Positions 38,385-52,536 of a DNA stretch of 64,000 nt are shown in pieces. This stretch comes from Schmidtea polychroa (taxonomy: Eukaryota). The translations under genes and the position numbers were made by a program. Numbering within the stretch: position 1 is the first letter of the stretch; each line of letters begins with the position of its first letter. The notes below the pieces were generated by a model. The model had not been told where the DNA came from. It did not search any database and saw only the letters and a list, made by a program, of their open reading frames with translations. The DNA lies in NCBI GenBank assembly GCA_044892525.1, contig CM097885.1:11596001-11660000 (forward strand). The letters run 5' to 3'.

Positions 38385-41300
38385 ATTCTTACCACCTGAG
38401 AATAATATTGTTAATTTTATCTCTGTGTTATCAAAATTATCTTTCGATTTTATGCTGCTTACCATTTTAGAATAAGATTTTTTATTAAAATTTGTGTTAA
38501 TTTGACTGATTCAATTTGATGGAGTTATTGTTAATTCGTTTTATTATATATACTCTGAGTTTATCCGACAAGATATTTTCTCCTTCTATGGGTACTGTTC
38601 ACAATTGGTACTGCTCGTAAGGGTACTGGTCGTAAAGGTACTGGTGTGTTTTAATGATTTTATTTAGGCAAATTTTTGGTTATTATTTAGCATTAAATTC
38701 ATTGGTAATTTTTTAGATTTAGCGGGATTTTACTAACATTTTTTGTGAATTTCATGTTAATTGAAAGAATATTTAAGGTTTAGTGTTAATTCTAAGATAA
38801 ATTTAATTAATTTCTTGATAATTTGCTATATTTTATTGACTTGTTTTTAAATTTTAAATAAAAATTAATTTTGATGATGACTTTGTAATGATAATTTGAC
38901 TAAATAATTTTTCATATATTTTTCTAAGAATATTTACACATTGATGAACTTTAAAATATTGAAAATCTAAAGTTGAAACCAGCTAATTTTTTCATGATGA
39001 TGATATATTTGAAATCTACTTGAAAATTATTGTAAAATATACTGAAATTTAGTTTGAAAGATATATCATGTTGTAATGGCTATAATTAGTTGAATCGATG
39101 AAGAATTATGATCAATCAATGAGATATTATCATCTCTAGTTAGGTATTTGATGATACATGTGGTTAAATATTTATTTTGATCTTTTAGTGGACTCTTTGA
39201 ATTTAGCTACTAAATTATTTCAATGGAAGAATGTTTTTAACAATTAAATAAAATTCATATTTTGAAGGATTTCCCATGGATTTTAAGAGAATTGATATAT
39301 TAAAGTCGGTTGGATTTAGTGAAGGTTCGGTTAAGATGGTAATATATGATTTTTAAGGGGGTTTTTAAAATGCTAGAAATATTTGGTGAGGGATCGGTTA
39401 AGATGGACATGTTTTGAAATCTCTATTTAAATCGACAATGTTCTTATTGGTAAAATATCAAATTTTCAAAGGAAATAGTCAGTATTTAGCTATGAATTAA
39501 TAATAATTCCAGTGAACTTATATCGTTTTAGAGGTTTATTAGGTTGTGATGAATGTCATTGCACAGTAATTTAGATTTATGTTTTAGAACCAGTTTTTTA
39601 TTAATTATCCACTGTTTTATTAAGTCTTTTAGGGTTAATGATCAATTAGGTGTTTATTTACTTGGTTTTGACAATGAAATATCTGAAATCTTTAGAATTA
39701 ATTGAGAATGATATCAAGGGTTATTGCTTTAAATTATTTACCTTTATTTAACATGTTATAGACGGATATTCATTGTGGGGATATCGGTGACAAAACTTGA
39801 GAAATATTGACTTAAAAGTTGGAAATCGACAACTATAGAAAATTTAACTTTATTGAAGGAAATTTATGATTTTAATTAGAAATTAAATAGGTTGAATATC
39901 AGTTAATCTTTTGAAGGAATATTGTTATCGGGTGGATAAATGATATTTTGCTAAATTACCTTTGCTAAATATTATTTTAAATGACTAAAAATAACAAAAT
40001 TAACCAATATTCATAAATTTATCGCACAAAATATCCATGTTTTGGTTACTCAAACATTTTAAATTTCTCGCAAAGATATATTACGTCTAATGATCATCTA
40101 ATTAAATTAGAAAATAATTGTTACTTTATAATATATATTTCTAACTAATAAGCCCCTTAATTGGATAAATGATAACCATATTTCTATTATGACTCCTTTA
40201 ATTATTTTTGCCTCAAACAAATTTACTCTAAATGATAAAGAATTTAAAATTATCAATGAATAATGACCATGTTTTTCTCATATTATTAACTATTGTAACG
40301 AACATTAGATGAATAAATTACCTTTTGCTTTAAATGTCTAAAAAGTTAACCAATAAATTAGTCGCTCGACATAAGTGTAAAGTTACATTTAAAATATTCA
40401 CAAATTTCTGATTATCTTACCTAAGAATTTCTAAATGATTAATATACCCTTGCGACTTGTTGAGTGTGACCAGTACCCTTGCTAGCAATACCCATAGGGG
40501 GACAGAATATTTTGTCGGATAAACTAGGAGTATATGGTCTTTATTGATATATCAAAATACTGTTATTTATAAATCAACTAAAAATACTCAAAAATACTAT
40601 ATTATTTTACTGAATGATACCTTAAATGTTTTTAATATACATATTTCTAAAATAAATCAACAGTTCAAACCAACAACATGTATGCAAGACCACCCATTGT
40701 TAATTTATTCCCAGTGTCACGTCCCTCAAAAATACCGTGAGTGTTTTAACAAAACTGAGCTCAAAGAAACTTTCCAGATAACAACTCACCTGAATGTTTT
40801 GAACAAAAATGAGCGAAATTGAGAACAAACGATTAGATGGCGATTAAATTCTGGCCATAACCCTAACAACATGAAAATTAAGATTTTAATTATTGAATTC
40901 GTTGTTTACTGCCTGGAAATACTAACAGAATATTTTTTAATTCAAAGAATCTTCATTATAAATTTTGAATTTAAAAAATTAAATGAAGGATATATAAGTG
41001 TACATAAAATTATAATATTATATAAAATTATACTATATAATAATGTTAATGTTTAAATATTCTTAAATAACTAAATTGTTTAAATATTTTTAAATAACTA
41101 AATTAAATTATTTAAATTTAATTTATTTAAATATACTTTTGATATAACTTTATTTCTTTCGTTTTAGTATCCATAAAGTAAGTAAATAAAGAATTTACTA
41201 CAATATTTTAATTATTTTACTTAGTAATGAAGAAAATGAATTATATGATTATGAAGAAGATGAACCAGACAAAATGGTGAAACACTAAATGACTTATGTT

Positions 41301-42581
41301 CTGGATTTAGAAATTTCTTATTAAAACATGAATTATAGAAAAAAATGAACCAGACAAAATGGTGAAACACTAAAGGAGTTATAGTTCCGGATTTCTTAAA
41401 TGAATTAGCTGATTGTGGGTGTCCTTCAACATGAATTATCAGACTTAAATTATGTAAACTTTCAACGATTGTCAAGAAAAATGGGAAAAACCGATGTTTT
41501 AGCAATTAGATATTGTAAAGTACTACCTGAAGAATATTATTATTAATGTAAGACATGAATTAATTCTTTAAAATATATATATTATATTTAGGTATCTGTG
41601 TTTTATGGTGGGAAATGACATTGAAAAAGTATACCACAAATAACAGTTGCCTAATTTATCAAGCCTGTGATGATAAAATGTTAGATAATGTAAGTTAATT
41701 GCTTTTAAATCAATATAAATTTTAGCAATGATAGTTGACACCACATCAGAAACTAAGAAATATGTCCAATTCGCAAGATGTATTCCAAATGGCCCGATGG
41801 AGATGATAATTTTGAGATAGAATACCAGCAGAAGAGCGAGAAAAATTTGTAAATTAAATATAATAGGGTTGGGTGGGTCCTCTTTATCCCTTAATTAATA
41901 TATATTTACAAACTGATCGTCGTGGTGGGCGGTTGTAATCCAACTAGTGGGAGGCCTCTGTAAATATATATTTGTGTTAGTGAAAACATTAATTAATTTG
42001 GTTATAGTGCCAATGACGCATGTATTTTGAAATTATACGTTTCGAATGTGCTGGTAGTTGACTACCCATGCTAGGCGTAATGTTCCGTACGGAAAGCTAT
42101 AATGCCCAGGTTCTTCTGACCCCACTTGGGGGAGGCACAGACGACCCTTGTGGACGCGAACAAATATCCACCGTGTCTTTCAGGCACAGATATTTGATCA
42201 CTGCTCATTAGGCCTGGCAATACTAAATGCATAAACTTTGCCTTGTCCTCTCTTGTCTTGATTTTTATCGTTTAAATAGTATGTGTGATAGGTTTTATTT
42301 ACTAACCTTAATTAATATACCCTTGCGATATGTTGAATGTGAGTAGTACCCTTGTGAGCAATACCCATAGGGGGACAGAATATTTTGTCGGATAGACTAG
42401 GAGTATATACACCCATGTTAAACAAGGTATGTGTATATAGAATGTGTGTGTAAAATTATCGCTCCTTATTGACAACTTCATGTAAAGGCTAACACAGAAT
42501 ACTGCAAACATAATAATACTCTACTCCATAACTTAGTATGTAAAAATTATTTAAGGTTTTTTCACTAATAATAATAATAAT

Positions 42582-42632
<51 letters not shown>

Positions 42633-43137
42633 TGTTAATGGGTTGTATATGTGTGTAAAAAATATTTGAGGTTTTCACGAATATTGATAATAATAATGGT
42701 TTATGAGTGTTTTTATGTTTTTGACTAATATTTGCAATAATAATAATGGTTAATGGGTTGTGTGTGTGTGTGTAGAAAATATTTTAGGTTTTCACTAATA
42801 ATGATAATAATAATGGTTAATGAGTTGTGTGAGTGTAAATAATATTTTAGGTTTTTGACTAATATTTGCAATAATAATAATAATAATAAGTTTAATGAGT
42901 TGTATGTGTGTGTGTAAAAATATTTTAGGTTTTTAATATTGATAATAATAATAATAATGGTTAATGGGTTGTGTGTGTGTAAAAAATATTTTAGGTTTTC
43001 ACTAATAATGATAATAATAATGGTTAATGAGTTGTGCATGTGTGTGTGTAGAAAATATTTTAGGTTTTTAATATTGATAATAATAATAATGGTTGAGGGG
43101 TTGTGTGTGTAAACCATATTTTAGATTTTTCATTAAC

Positions 43138-43200
<63 letters not shown>

Positions 43201-43719
43201 TCCCGCGCGTGTTAATACTTTAAAAGAAAATATTGAAAATTTAAAAAATAATAATATTTATGCAAAGCATGTGCAATAATTATGTCTTTGTTAATTAAGT
43301 AAACTTTAGTGTCAAAATAAGTTTTTAAAATATTTTTAAATTTAAAATACCGCAACTTAATATATTTTTGTTCTACCCCTTCATTGATTTAAGTTGGTCA
43401 GAATTTAATAATAATTATATTATACCCTTTGAGACATGTTGAATGTGAGTAGTACACCTTTGACCATTACCCACATGAGCAATACCCATAAAGGGATAGA
43501 ATATCTTGTCGGATAAACTCTGACTATATATGATAATAATAACTCCCGTGCGTGTTAAAATAAATAATAATACTTTGAACTTGTATTTGAAAATAATTTA
43601 CGACATGTTGAATGTGAGTAGTACCCTTGTGACAATTACCCATGTGAGTAGTGCCCTTGTGAGCAATACCCTTAGGGAGACAGAATATCTTGTCGGATAG
43701 ATTAAGAGTATATATATTG

Positions 43720-43794
<75 letters not shown>

Positions 43795-43800
43795 CTTAGA
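38385..43800 (-). repeat. Right arm of the giant inverted repeat
   Basis: Matches 32816-37713 and then 29100-29880 in reverse complement; 671-bp unique spacer at 37714-38384. Confidence 0.95.
41897..41972 (+). ncRNA. SRP (7SL) RNA 5' Alu-domain-like element closed by a 14-bp stem
   Basis: ACU GAUCGUC GUGGU GGGCGGUU GUAA UCC AACUAGUG GGA GGC aligns element by element with the 7SL Alu 5' domain, including the UGUNR turn and loop-loop complementarity. Confidence 0.65.
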
Positions 43801-44089
43801 AACTAAAAACTTAGAAAATAATAATTATTTTAATAAATGACCTTGAAAAGTAAATGACCTTGAAAATTAAATGACCTTGAAAAATTAAATGACCTTGAAA
43901 ATTAAATGACCTTGAAAATTAAATGACCTTGAAAATAAAAAGATTACTTAATTAAAACAAAAAAATTAAATTAAAAAAAAAAATGACCTTGACCTTGATG
44001 AGTCATATGACCTTGGGAATGACCTTGATGAGTCATCGTTCTAAAAATATTAGACATCGTTGGGTGAGTCATTGGGTGAGTCATTCTCT

Positions 44090-45225
44090 TTGTTAATATT
44101 AATGATGATGATACCTTCTATGGCTCATTCGAAAGGTCTTGGACTGAGCTTTAAGATGAGGTATCGTCCAATAAATTCGGATAATGGGAACATTAATTTT
44201 TGGGATGAAAAAGAGTAGGGGCCCGCCAGACCACTTAATAATTATATGACCTTGAAAATGATTTTTGGTAAAATGTTAATAACTTTGTCAATAATAATGA
44301 TGATGATACCTTCATTAGCTCATTCGAAAGGTCTTGCATTGGGCTTTAAAATGAGGTATCGTCCAATAAAATCCGTTGGTGGGAACATTAATTTTTGGGA
44401 TGAGAAAAAGTATGTCACCGCCCGGCCAATTAATAATATTTTGAATAATAATAATAATTTAACGTTGAAAAGATGGTGGTCATCAATTGTTAATAACTTT
44501 GTCAATAATAATGATGATGATACCTTCTATGAATCAATCGAAAGGTCTTGCATTGGGCTTTAAAATGAGCTATCGTTGAATAATGTTCGTTGGCGGGAAC
44601 TCTGTACATTTAAATTTTAAAATATGACCTTGAAAAAATAAATGACCTTGAAAAAATAAATGACCTTGAAAAAATAAATGACCTTGAAAAAATAAATGAC
44701 CTTGAAAAAAAATAAATGACCTTGAAAAAATAAATGACCTTGAAAAAATAAATGACCTTGAAAAAAAAATAAATGACCTTGACCTTGACCTTGACCTTGA
44801 CAATAATATTTTGAAAAATAAATGACCTTGAAAAATGGTCTCGGTAAAACTTTAATAACTTTGCCGATGTTAATGATGATGATACCTTCTATGGCTCAAT
44901 TGAAAGGTCTTAGACTACGCTTCAAAATAAGCTATCTATTAATAAATTCGGATAATGGGAACATTAATTTTTGGGATGAGAAAAAGTATGTCCCCGCCCG
45001 GCCAATTAATAATATTTTGAATAATAATAATAATTTAACGTTGAAAAGATGGTGGTCATCAATTGTTAATAACTTTGTCAATATTAATGATGATGATACC
45101 TTCTATGGATCAATCGAAAGGTCTTGGACTGAGCTTTAAGATGAGGTATCGTCCAATAAAATCCGTTGGTGGGAACATTAATTTTTGGGATGAAAAAAAG
45201 TGTGTCCCCTCCAGGCCAATTAATT
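44090..45225 (-). repeat. About five diverged ~210-bp subterminal repeat units; two inverted copies at 27920-28260 and one at 32560-32690
   Basis: Recurring gaaaggtcttg...gctttaa.atgaggtatcgtccaataaa...gggaacattaatttttgggatga. Confidence 0.85.
44620..44835 (+). repeat. aaataaatgaccttgaaaa minisatellite (also at 43835-44030)
   Basis: Direct 17-21-bp units plus (gacctt)n. Confidence 0.92.
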
Positions 45226-45487
45226 AAAACAAAAAATTAAAAAAAAAAAATTTTTTTTTTCCGGGGGGGGGGGAGGGGGTATATGTGGTCTGGAGGGGAC
45301 CTGATCTGGGGAGCTCACATCATACTACTCCCGCGGGTCATACGCAAGAAATTAGGGTAATTATTTTTTATAACTTTACGATATTGTAATAATTAAAATT
45401 AAAATTATTTTTATTTTATTCTATAATATTTTAAACAATTATTACTTACTTAACATTTACTGGAATATCTTGTTTCAGTTTTCTTAC

Positions 45488-45537
45488 ACATAGGACAGTA
45501 TTGTTGAATTGTCCTTCAACGTTTGTGTTGTCCATGT
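45488..45537 (-). CDS. DDR: Candidate small DDR kinase-insert exon (TWTTQTLKDNSTILSY)
   Basis: Strong tattttcag acceptor and gtaag donor. In one frame it ends phase 2 and joins the 12855 exon to give TILSYVQSQFLYIAVQ (cf. DDR TISY...LLHVAAQ). The upstream phase does not match the 48630 exon directly, so an exon may be missing. Confidence 0.45.
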
Positions 45538-46282
45538 CTGAAAATACAAATCTTATTTACCTTTGGAGGCTGTTAGATGTTTTGATTAGATAGATGCGAT
45601 AAGATAAAATATTTATTGTATATATATTATATCTTTATTCACCTTATTATTTACATATATAAATAAGAAAAATGAAATGTTTTTAAAATATATTATGAAT
45701 AATATGATTATTATTATTATTATGATTATTATTATTATTATTATTTTTTTTTATTGCTACTAGAAAATTATAATATTGCTAATATTAATAATTTAAATTA
45801 TACATTCAAATTTCTTTTATTAAAACAAAGTGTAGGAATAAAATTCCGAGTCCAATAATAAAATTTTTAATGATATCGGCAGAGAATTCATCAAATATTT
45901 CGTTTCATGTTTGCAAATGTTTATATGGAAAAATTTATCAATATTAATTATAAACAGCCATTTTGAGCAAATTATTTTTCTCTAAAGAATTTATTAAAAC
46001 TTTCAAATTATTAATTCCAAATGAGTTAGTCGTCTTTCAGACTAAATTAAAAATTATTTATCGATTTAATTGAGAAAAAGATAAAAATATAAATATTAAT
46101 AATATTTTTAACTTTATCTTTTGTTAATAGAAATCTGAAAAATTCAGATTGATATGCAGAATTATTTGGTGACTATGGACAACTTATTGTATATTTAGTA
46201 CTGACCATCTTATAATATTCATTTTTACTTCATTTCTTCCATATAAACTTTTAGCTTCTATTAATATTGCCTATATTTTATT

Positions 46283-46347
<65 letters not shown>

Positions 46348-46367
46348 TTTTAACACATAATTAATGG

Positions 46368-46401
<34 letters not shown>

Positions 46402-46857
46402 CATCTCAACAAAGTGTATAATTTCCAATTTTCAGATTATATTGTATATCTGCATGTTTATATTTTTTGTTTTTAATAAAATATTAATATCATATTCAAA
46501 GTATATAAGAGGATTGTCCAATTTTCAAGCTGTCTATAAACGAGTACTTGTTTTATAATAAATATAAATTATCAGTATTTAAAAAAAAATTTTAACACAT
46601 AATTTATGGAAAGAAATAATGAATAATAATCAAGTTTTTGCATTAAACCTTTTACAATATCGTTGTTACAATAAAATAATTTTATTTTAAATATAAAATT
46701 TTTGAAATATATTTTTATGAAAACAAATTTTTTTATATGATTTAATATATATTTTAGTAAAATAAATATAGGTCAAGGATTAAATTCAAGATAATTAACT
46801 TAAATCTGTAATTTAACTAATATTCAATTAATTAATATATTAAATAATGCTATACAA

Positions 46858-46989
<132 letters not shown>

Positions 46990-48629
46990 GCATTTAATCA
47001 AGTATGCTGTCATCATTAAGTATAAACGGATAAACTGTTTAGATTTTAAATATTATAAACCAAAACAAATTTAATTAATTTTAAAAACTTTTAAATAAAA
47101 AATTTTAAATTGTAATTTTTTATTTAATTTTATAATTATTTCATAGCATCATTGTGCACATAAGTTTTCTATGTATCACTTCGAACACTGCAATAGAAAC
47201 ACAATCACATTATTCTTTGCATACACACACTATTTCTTAATTTCACATTGTTTTCACAAATATTAATCAATCCCTCAGTCGACAGTGACTAAGAACTTGA
47301 GTATGTAAATGATTGGTAATAAAATATTATAAATGTTAAATAATAAAAACATCTAAAACACCAATACAAATTCCTGTCATGACATTCAAATTAATAAACA
47401 AAATCCCAACATGGTAATAAACAAAAACAACACAACTCAGAGACAATCCTATAATGTAGAATACACATCTGGGAACAAACTCCAATAATCAAATCGCACA
47501 AAGTCAATTCAGTCTTAAACTCTTTTTCATATTAAAGATAAATTAAATTAACCGCAAAATGAGGCCTTAATTTTCAAATCACTAAGTTTTAAATAATGTA
47601 TTACATTTTTCCAATGATCTTCTATATATTTTTCAAAGTGGAATTAGCTTTTGAAATAAAATTAAATTCTTTAAAGGTGTTGAAGGTTAATAGAAATTAA
47701 ATATTTTTATATTTTCCGGTGTTTATGTGATATAAAAAATACTTCTTAATAGAATTTTTAGATGTAGGCACTACAATACCTGTTGAATTATAATATTAAT
47801 AGAATATATATTTGCATAAACTATGCATGTATGAATCCCATCATATAATGAATGTATATTGAATATGTATTGCATCGCTAAGTATATTATGTATTACATG
47901 ACTTATTATGTCATTTATTGCAGTTACAGCTCAGTGAAACAATAATATCAAATAAATCATTGAACATATATAGTGTAAAAGATTATTAAACATCATTAAT
48001 TACAAACTTTCATTTTATATTTTATTTTTTACTCTGAATGAGTTTTACCAATTCCAACACTTATGTAAAGTCTAATTAAGATAATATTATTTTATTATAA
48101 TTTAATCATTAAATATTAAAAAGATTTTCATTAACTGTTTTATTTTTTATTTAAAATTCTAATATTTTTTTTTATAATTGTATTAAATATTTTAATAACA
48201 CTTTTTGATGTAATTGATGTATTTATATATTTTAGGTAAAATAAAATTATCTATAATAAATTAAATTTTAATGCAAATTCTATTGAATCTAATTTTATTA
48301 TAATAATTACTAAATGCAATACACATATAAATAATCTAATTAGTTTATTTCTAATAATAAAGCAACTAATAATCAAAAGCAAAAATATAAATTTTCATTT
48401 TACTTTATTTCATAGTTTTCAATAATACTTATTCAAAAATTACACTTATAAATGAAATGAATATTTTTAGTAAAACGGAATACGGTGAAAATTATTATTC
48501 AATTTTGAAAAGTTAAACATATATAAATAAATATTATTTTATAATAATTTTTATTTTTTTTATCATATAAAAATATCAAAAAGAAATTTACAGTAAAAGA
48601 TATGTAAAATAAAAATAATGTTATCTCAC

Positions 48630-48969
48630 CCTTGTATGGTTCCATTTCGTATGGACTGTAACCGATTGATGGGCAAGCCACGTCAATCCGACCATACGAA
48701 TTGATGGATATGTTTTCCATAGTTTTTAGTTCACTAAAATTGAGCTGCTTGACATATTCATGGAATGAAGAAAATTCTGGATAATTTGTGGTTGATATGA
48801 AATTTATAAGATTCATTCTGTACATCTGACTATTGCCTAAAGGTCCTTTAAATAGTTGGAATTTTGAATTTATTAAGTTAATGAATAAACCTTTACCTCT
48901 TACATCTAAATAATTTAAATCTGTTTGAATATTCTTTTCCATAGAAAAGTATTTTGTAGCGTCGTTGTA
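48630..48969 (-). CDS. DDR: DDR-like RTK, divergent kinase N-lobe exon
   Basis: ttttatcag acceptor, AAG G|gtgag donor. LDVRGKGLF resembles the Gly-loop; ELKTMENI resembles L.L.H.NI; YEMEPYKG resembles EYMENG. Confidence 0.65.
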
Positions 48970-51068
48970 CTGATAAAAAAATTAATTAAAGCAATTTAAA
49001 AATAAAATTAATTTAAATTTAAATTTTGACATTTGTAATAACATTGCAAATATTAAGTTCTAAAGATGCTCATGTAAATAACGCTGACAACTAATTTTCA
49101 TTACGTAATTAATCGACATATAATTGATATTGAAAATTATAATTTTTATTATAACTTTTAATTTTAGTCGACAACATGAAATTTTTATTTGAGTGTTAAA
49201 TATATTTTTAAATAATTAAATACATTTTCTAATTATTATTATTTTATTTTTTATCCAATTATTATTTTTAATAATAAAAATTTTATAATTACTAGAAAAG
49301 AAAAATAATGAATTGAATTTCAATTTCTTGTATATAGCACTTTTAATTTATTTATATATTAAATATTTACATTTTGGATAAAAATTAGAAGCAATTGTTT
49401 TTGAATTAAATTTAAAACTATTATAAAACATAATATTAAGTTATTATTATTGGATTTATGTTTTGTCAAAATAAATGGTTTTTCATTGTTAAAAAAGTGT
49501 ATATGTGGATTTTAAATTTAACATTAAAAGTAGCACAATTGTAATGGGTAAGCCATTTCCACATTGTTTATTAAATGAAATTTTCCAATAAAAAATAAAA
49601 TTTTATTTTTTAATCCAACGAATATTATTCAGTAACATAATTAAAATAATAATAAAATAACAAAACCTAATATTGAAATAAATTCTCGTATTGAATCGCT
49701 AATAAAAAATATCTCCCCGAGCAATTTTTACCTCTTTCTGAAATCATTAAAGAAAAGTTCCGAAAGGAAAATAATAGACAACTAATTTGTGAAAATCCAG
49801 AAGTAAAATAATCAAACTGAAATAACAATATTCTATTAGAAAATAAATCGGCAATTCAATCAGAGAAAATAGTTCAAATGAAAAGGAAGTGCCACAATTT
49901 TGAGAATCCTTTTTAAATAAAAATTGATGTGATGAGCTAATGAAGATTTCTGAAATTTAGCCGAAAGAAATAATGAATACCCGAAACCGTATAAATTTTT
50001 GAAATTTTTTATTATTTTTTAATAAATTATTTTTATTTTTCATTTTATTAAAATGAATATTTAGTAATATTTTTATATTTTATTTATTTGTTTTACTATT
50101 CCGGAAATAATCGCCTTTTCAGTGCATTTCATATTTATGAATTTGTCAAACTAATGAATTTATAAAAGTGATTTATTATTTCTAAAAATGATAATTGTTG
50201 AATATTTAATAATCAAATATTACATTTTGCATATTATATAAATTTTAGAAAAAAATATTTGTTTAATTTTTTTGAATACTACTCACATTCTACAGAAATA
50301 TTGATCAATCCTGAACAAAAGGTAAATATTGAATTTATTAAAAAGAGCTTGAAGACTTTAAATCAGTTATATATCGATGTTTTTGATATATTTACTGATT
50401 TATAGTATTCAAGCTCTTTTTAATAAATTCAATGGGGAAAAAACCAGTAGTAAAATTGGAAAAAAGGTTCTTTTAAAAATTAAATAGTTAAAGTTTTATT
50501 GCACATTTACATAACTTATTATCTTATTTTCAAACCTATATTAATTAGGAAGATGTAACTGCAATGAAATCCTCAAAACAGGGATGTTCCTTATAATACA
50601 ATAAATAATTTTTGGATATATATTATATTTAGTTTATAACGAATGACACACCAAATGTGCGATCATTTTAAACATTAATAAAACAATATTTTAAAGATTT
50701 GTATTTTCCATTCTAAATTAACTAGTTTATATATGACTATTACTCATCGATTGCTATCGGGAACTTTCTAGTATTTCCGGTTTCTAAAAAGAAACCCTTT
50801 AAAGTTCACAACAAAGCCCGTTTTAATCCTATTATTTTATCAAAACTGAATTTTGTTTTTTCTTCTAATATTAATTGATAGAAACGATAAACTTTTCACC
50901 ATTTAATTTTTTTATACATTTTTATACATGACCTTCCTGCAATGCGGAGAGTATTCATGTTAAGTACATAATAAAACATCTAAAAGAAATAAATTTAAAG
51001 GATATTAACAAAACATATTAATGAAATTCTCATACCTAAAGATAAAGATAAAAGGTATCACAACTAAC

Positions 51069-51172
51069 CAGGGAATGAGTATCCATATTTGATCGAGAAT
51101 CAAGGCAGAAGTCATTATAAAACCAGTAATTGTAAGCCTCCGGTATTATCATTTGGCGAAATTTGTTCGATT
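51069..51172 (-). CDS. DDR: Probable DDR-like juxtamembrane exon (KSNKFRQMIIPEAYNYWFYNDFCLDSRSNMDTHSL)
   Basis: AG/GT-bounded, phase 1 to 0, open frame compatible with neighbouring exons; no motif recognised. Confidence 0.5.
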
Positions 51173-51608
51173 CTACAATATGAAATAAATATTTAATTGT
51201 TATATTTATAATTTCCTTAAAGATTAGTACTCACTTGAAAGACAATATCTTATAATTTATATTAAGGATAACATCAAGCCTTTTGATAAAATATTATTAA
51301 AAAATTGGGATTAATGAATGTAATCAACATATAGTATAGTGAAAGTTTTTACAACAAGTCATTTGTATTTTTTTATCTGAAAATTGACTTTACTCTATCC
51401 AATGATACTTAATTTATTCAATATTTTATCCATAACTAATTATGGGATACCATTTTGTTTCAAATTTTATATTTCAAATTTTATTTATTTACACACTAAG
51501 TTTAATTAATAAATAAAACTTCAATGGGAAATAAAGTTTAATTAAATGTTTTAAAGTTTAAAAAATAATTAAAGATATATTTTAAAAGAATTTCAGAATG
51601 CATTTTAA

Positions 51609-51780
<172 letters not shown>

Positions 51781-51971
51781 TAATGCTGCTTATACTAGTT
51801 AGTTTAGAAAAATTGTCATAAATAATTATTAAGTAATTTCATAAAATGCTCCTTTTCCTATTTTAACCATTCCAATGAGAGATGGGACTTATTTGGTTTA
51901 ATTTGGCGATTAATTTGAATCATTTTAAATAAGAAATATCGTAATTAAAACAAATAACAATTAACATTTAC

Positions 51972-52047
51972 TCTCTTCCGTATGAAATTTCGTATTGAGA
52001 GTTGACAAATTAGCCACCGGATAATAGAGAGTTTGGTTTTTCATATT
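51972..52047 (-). CDS. DDR: DDR-like RTK, juxtamembrane exon (NMKNQTLYYPVANLSTLNTKFHTEE)
   Basis: Follows a 54-nt GT-AG intron (52048-52101); open in phase 0, ends phase 1. Confidence 0.65.
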
Positions 52048-52101
52048 CTAAGTAAAAATATAAAAAATAGATAAAATTAGCTGCAATTATATTCAATTAA
52101 C

Positions 52102-52343
52102 CTGATGTTGCAATGTCAATATTCGATTGTACTCCTCATCCTGACTCTGAAGGTGCATGGCTTTTTTGAATTTTCTTATTCTTGATTTACGTTTCCACTT
52201 AATTATACAAATTAAACAAATTGCCAGCAAAAAAAGAATTCCCAATGAAATAGAAGAACTGAGAAAAATATCCGTTATAGTAATTGCATTTGACTTTACT
52301 ATTATTCTTGATAAAGTTGAATTGCTTTTCGAGCTAAATGCAC
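52102..52343 (-). CDS. DDR: DDR-like RTK, transmembrane exon
   Basis: Hydrophobic stretch (IFLSSSISLGILFLLAICLICII) followed by basic stop-transfer KWKRKSRIRK. ttcag acceptor and CAG|gttaat donor; phase 1 start matches the upstream exon. Confidence 0.8.
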
Positions 52344-52401
52344 CTGAATAACAATTACTTAAAACAAAGTAAAAAAAAATAATAATAATAATTATTATCA
52401 T

Positions 52402-52443
<42 letters not shown>

Positions 52444-52489
52444 TATTATTATAATAATTACAATAATAATTATAATAATAATAATAATA

Positions 52490-52535
<46 letters not shown>

Positions 52536-52536
52536 G

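Noticed and set aside
40858..40867. TAACCCTAAC resembling a telomerase RNA template
   Set aside because: A single 10-mer inside an ORF-like frame, with no pseudoknot or H/ACA context seen; likely chance.
41912..42266. Complete 7SL RNA gene
   Set aside because: No helix 6/8 S-domain motifs, and an AT-rich interruption with T4 follows the Alu part; only the Alu 5' domain is supported.
44246..45139. Two similar 105-aa ORFs and a repetitive 77-aa ORF
   Set aside because: They lie on subterminal DNA repeats whose other copies are not open.
45561..45610. Extra DDR exon ending AAG|gtaaat
   Set aside because: It would need a 23-nt intron and has no clear acceptor.
50735..50980. Two further small AG/GT-bounded DDR exon candidates
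   Set aside because: I could not join them in a stop-free phase.
51835..51890. VKIGKGAFYE kinase Gly-loop-like peptide on the minus strand
   Set aside because: Flanked by stops with no convincing splice sites; unresolved, and worth rechecking against transcripts because it bears on the pseudokinase call.
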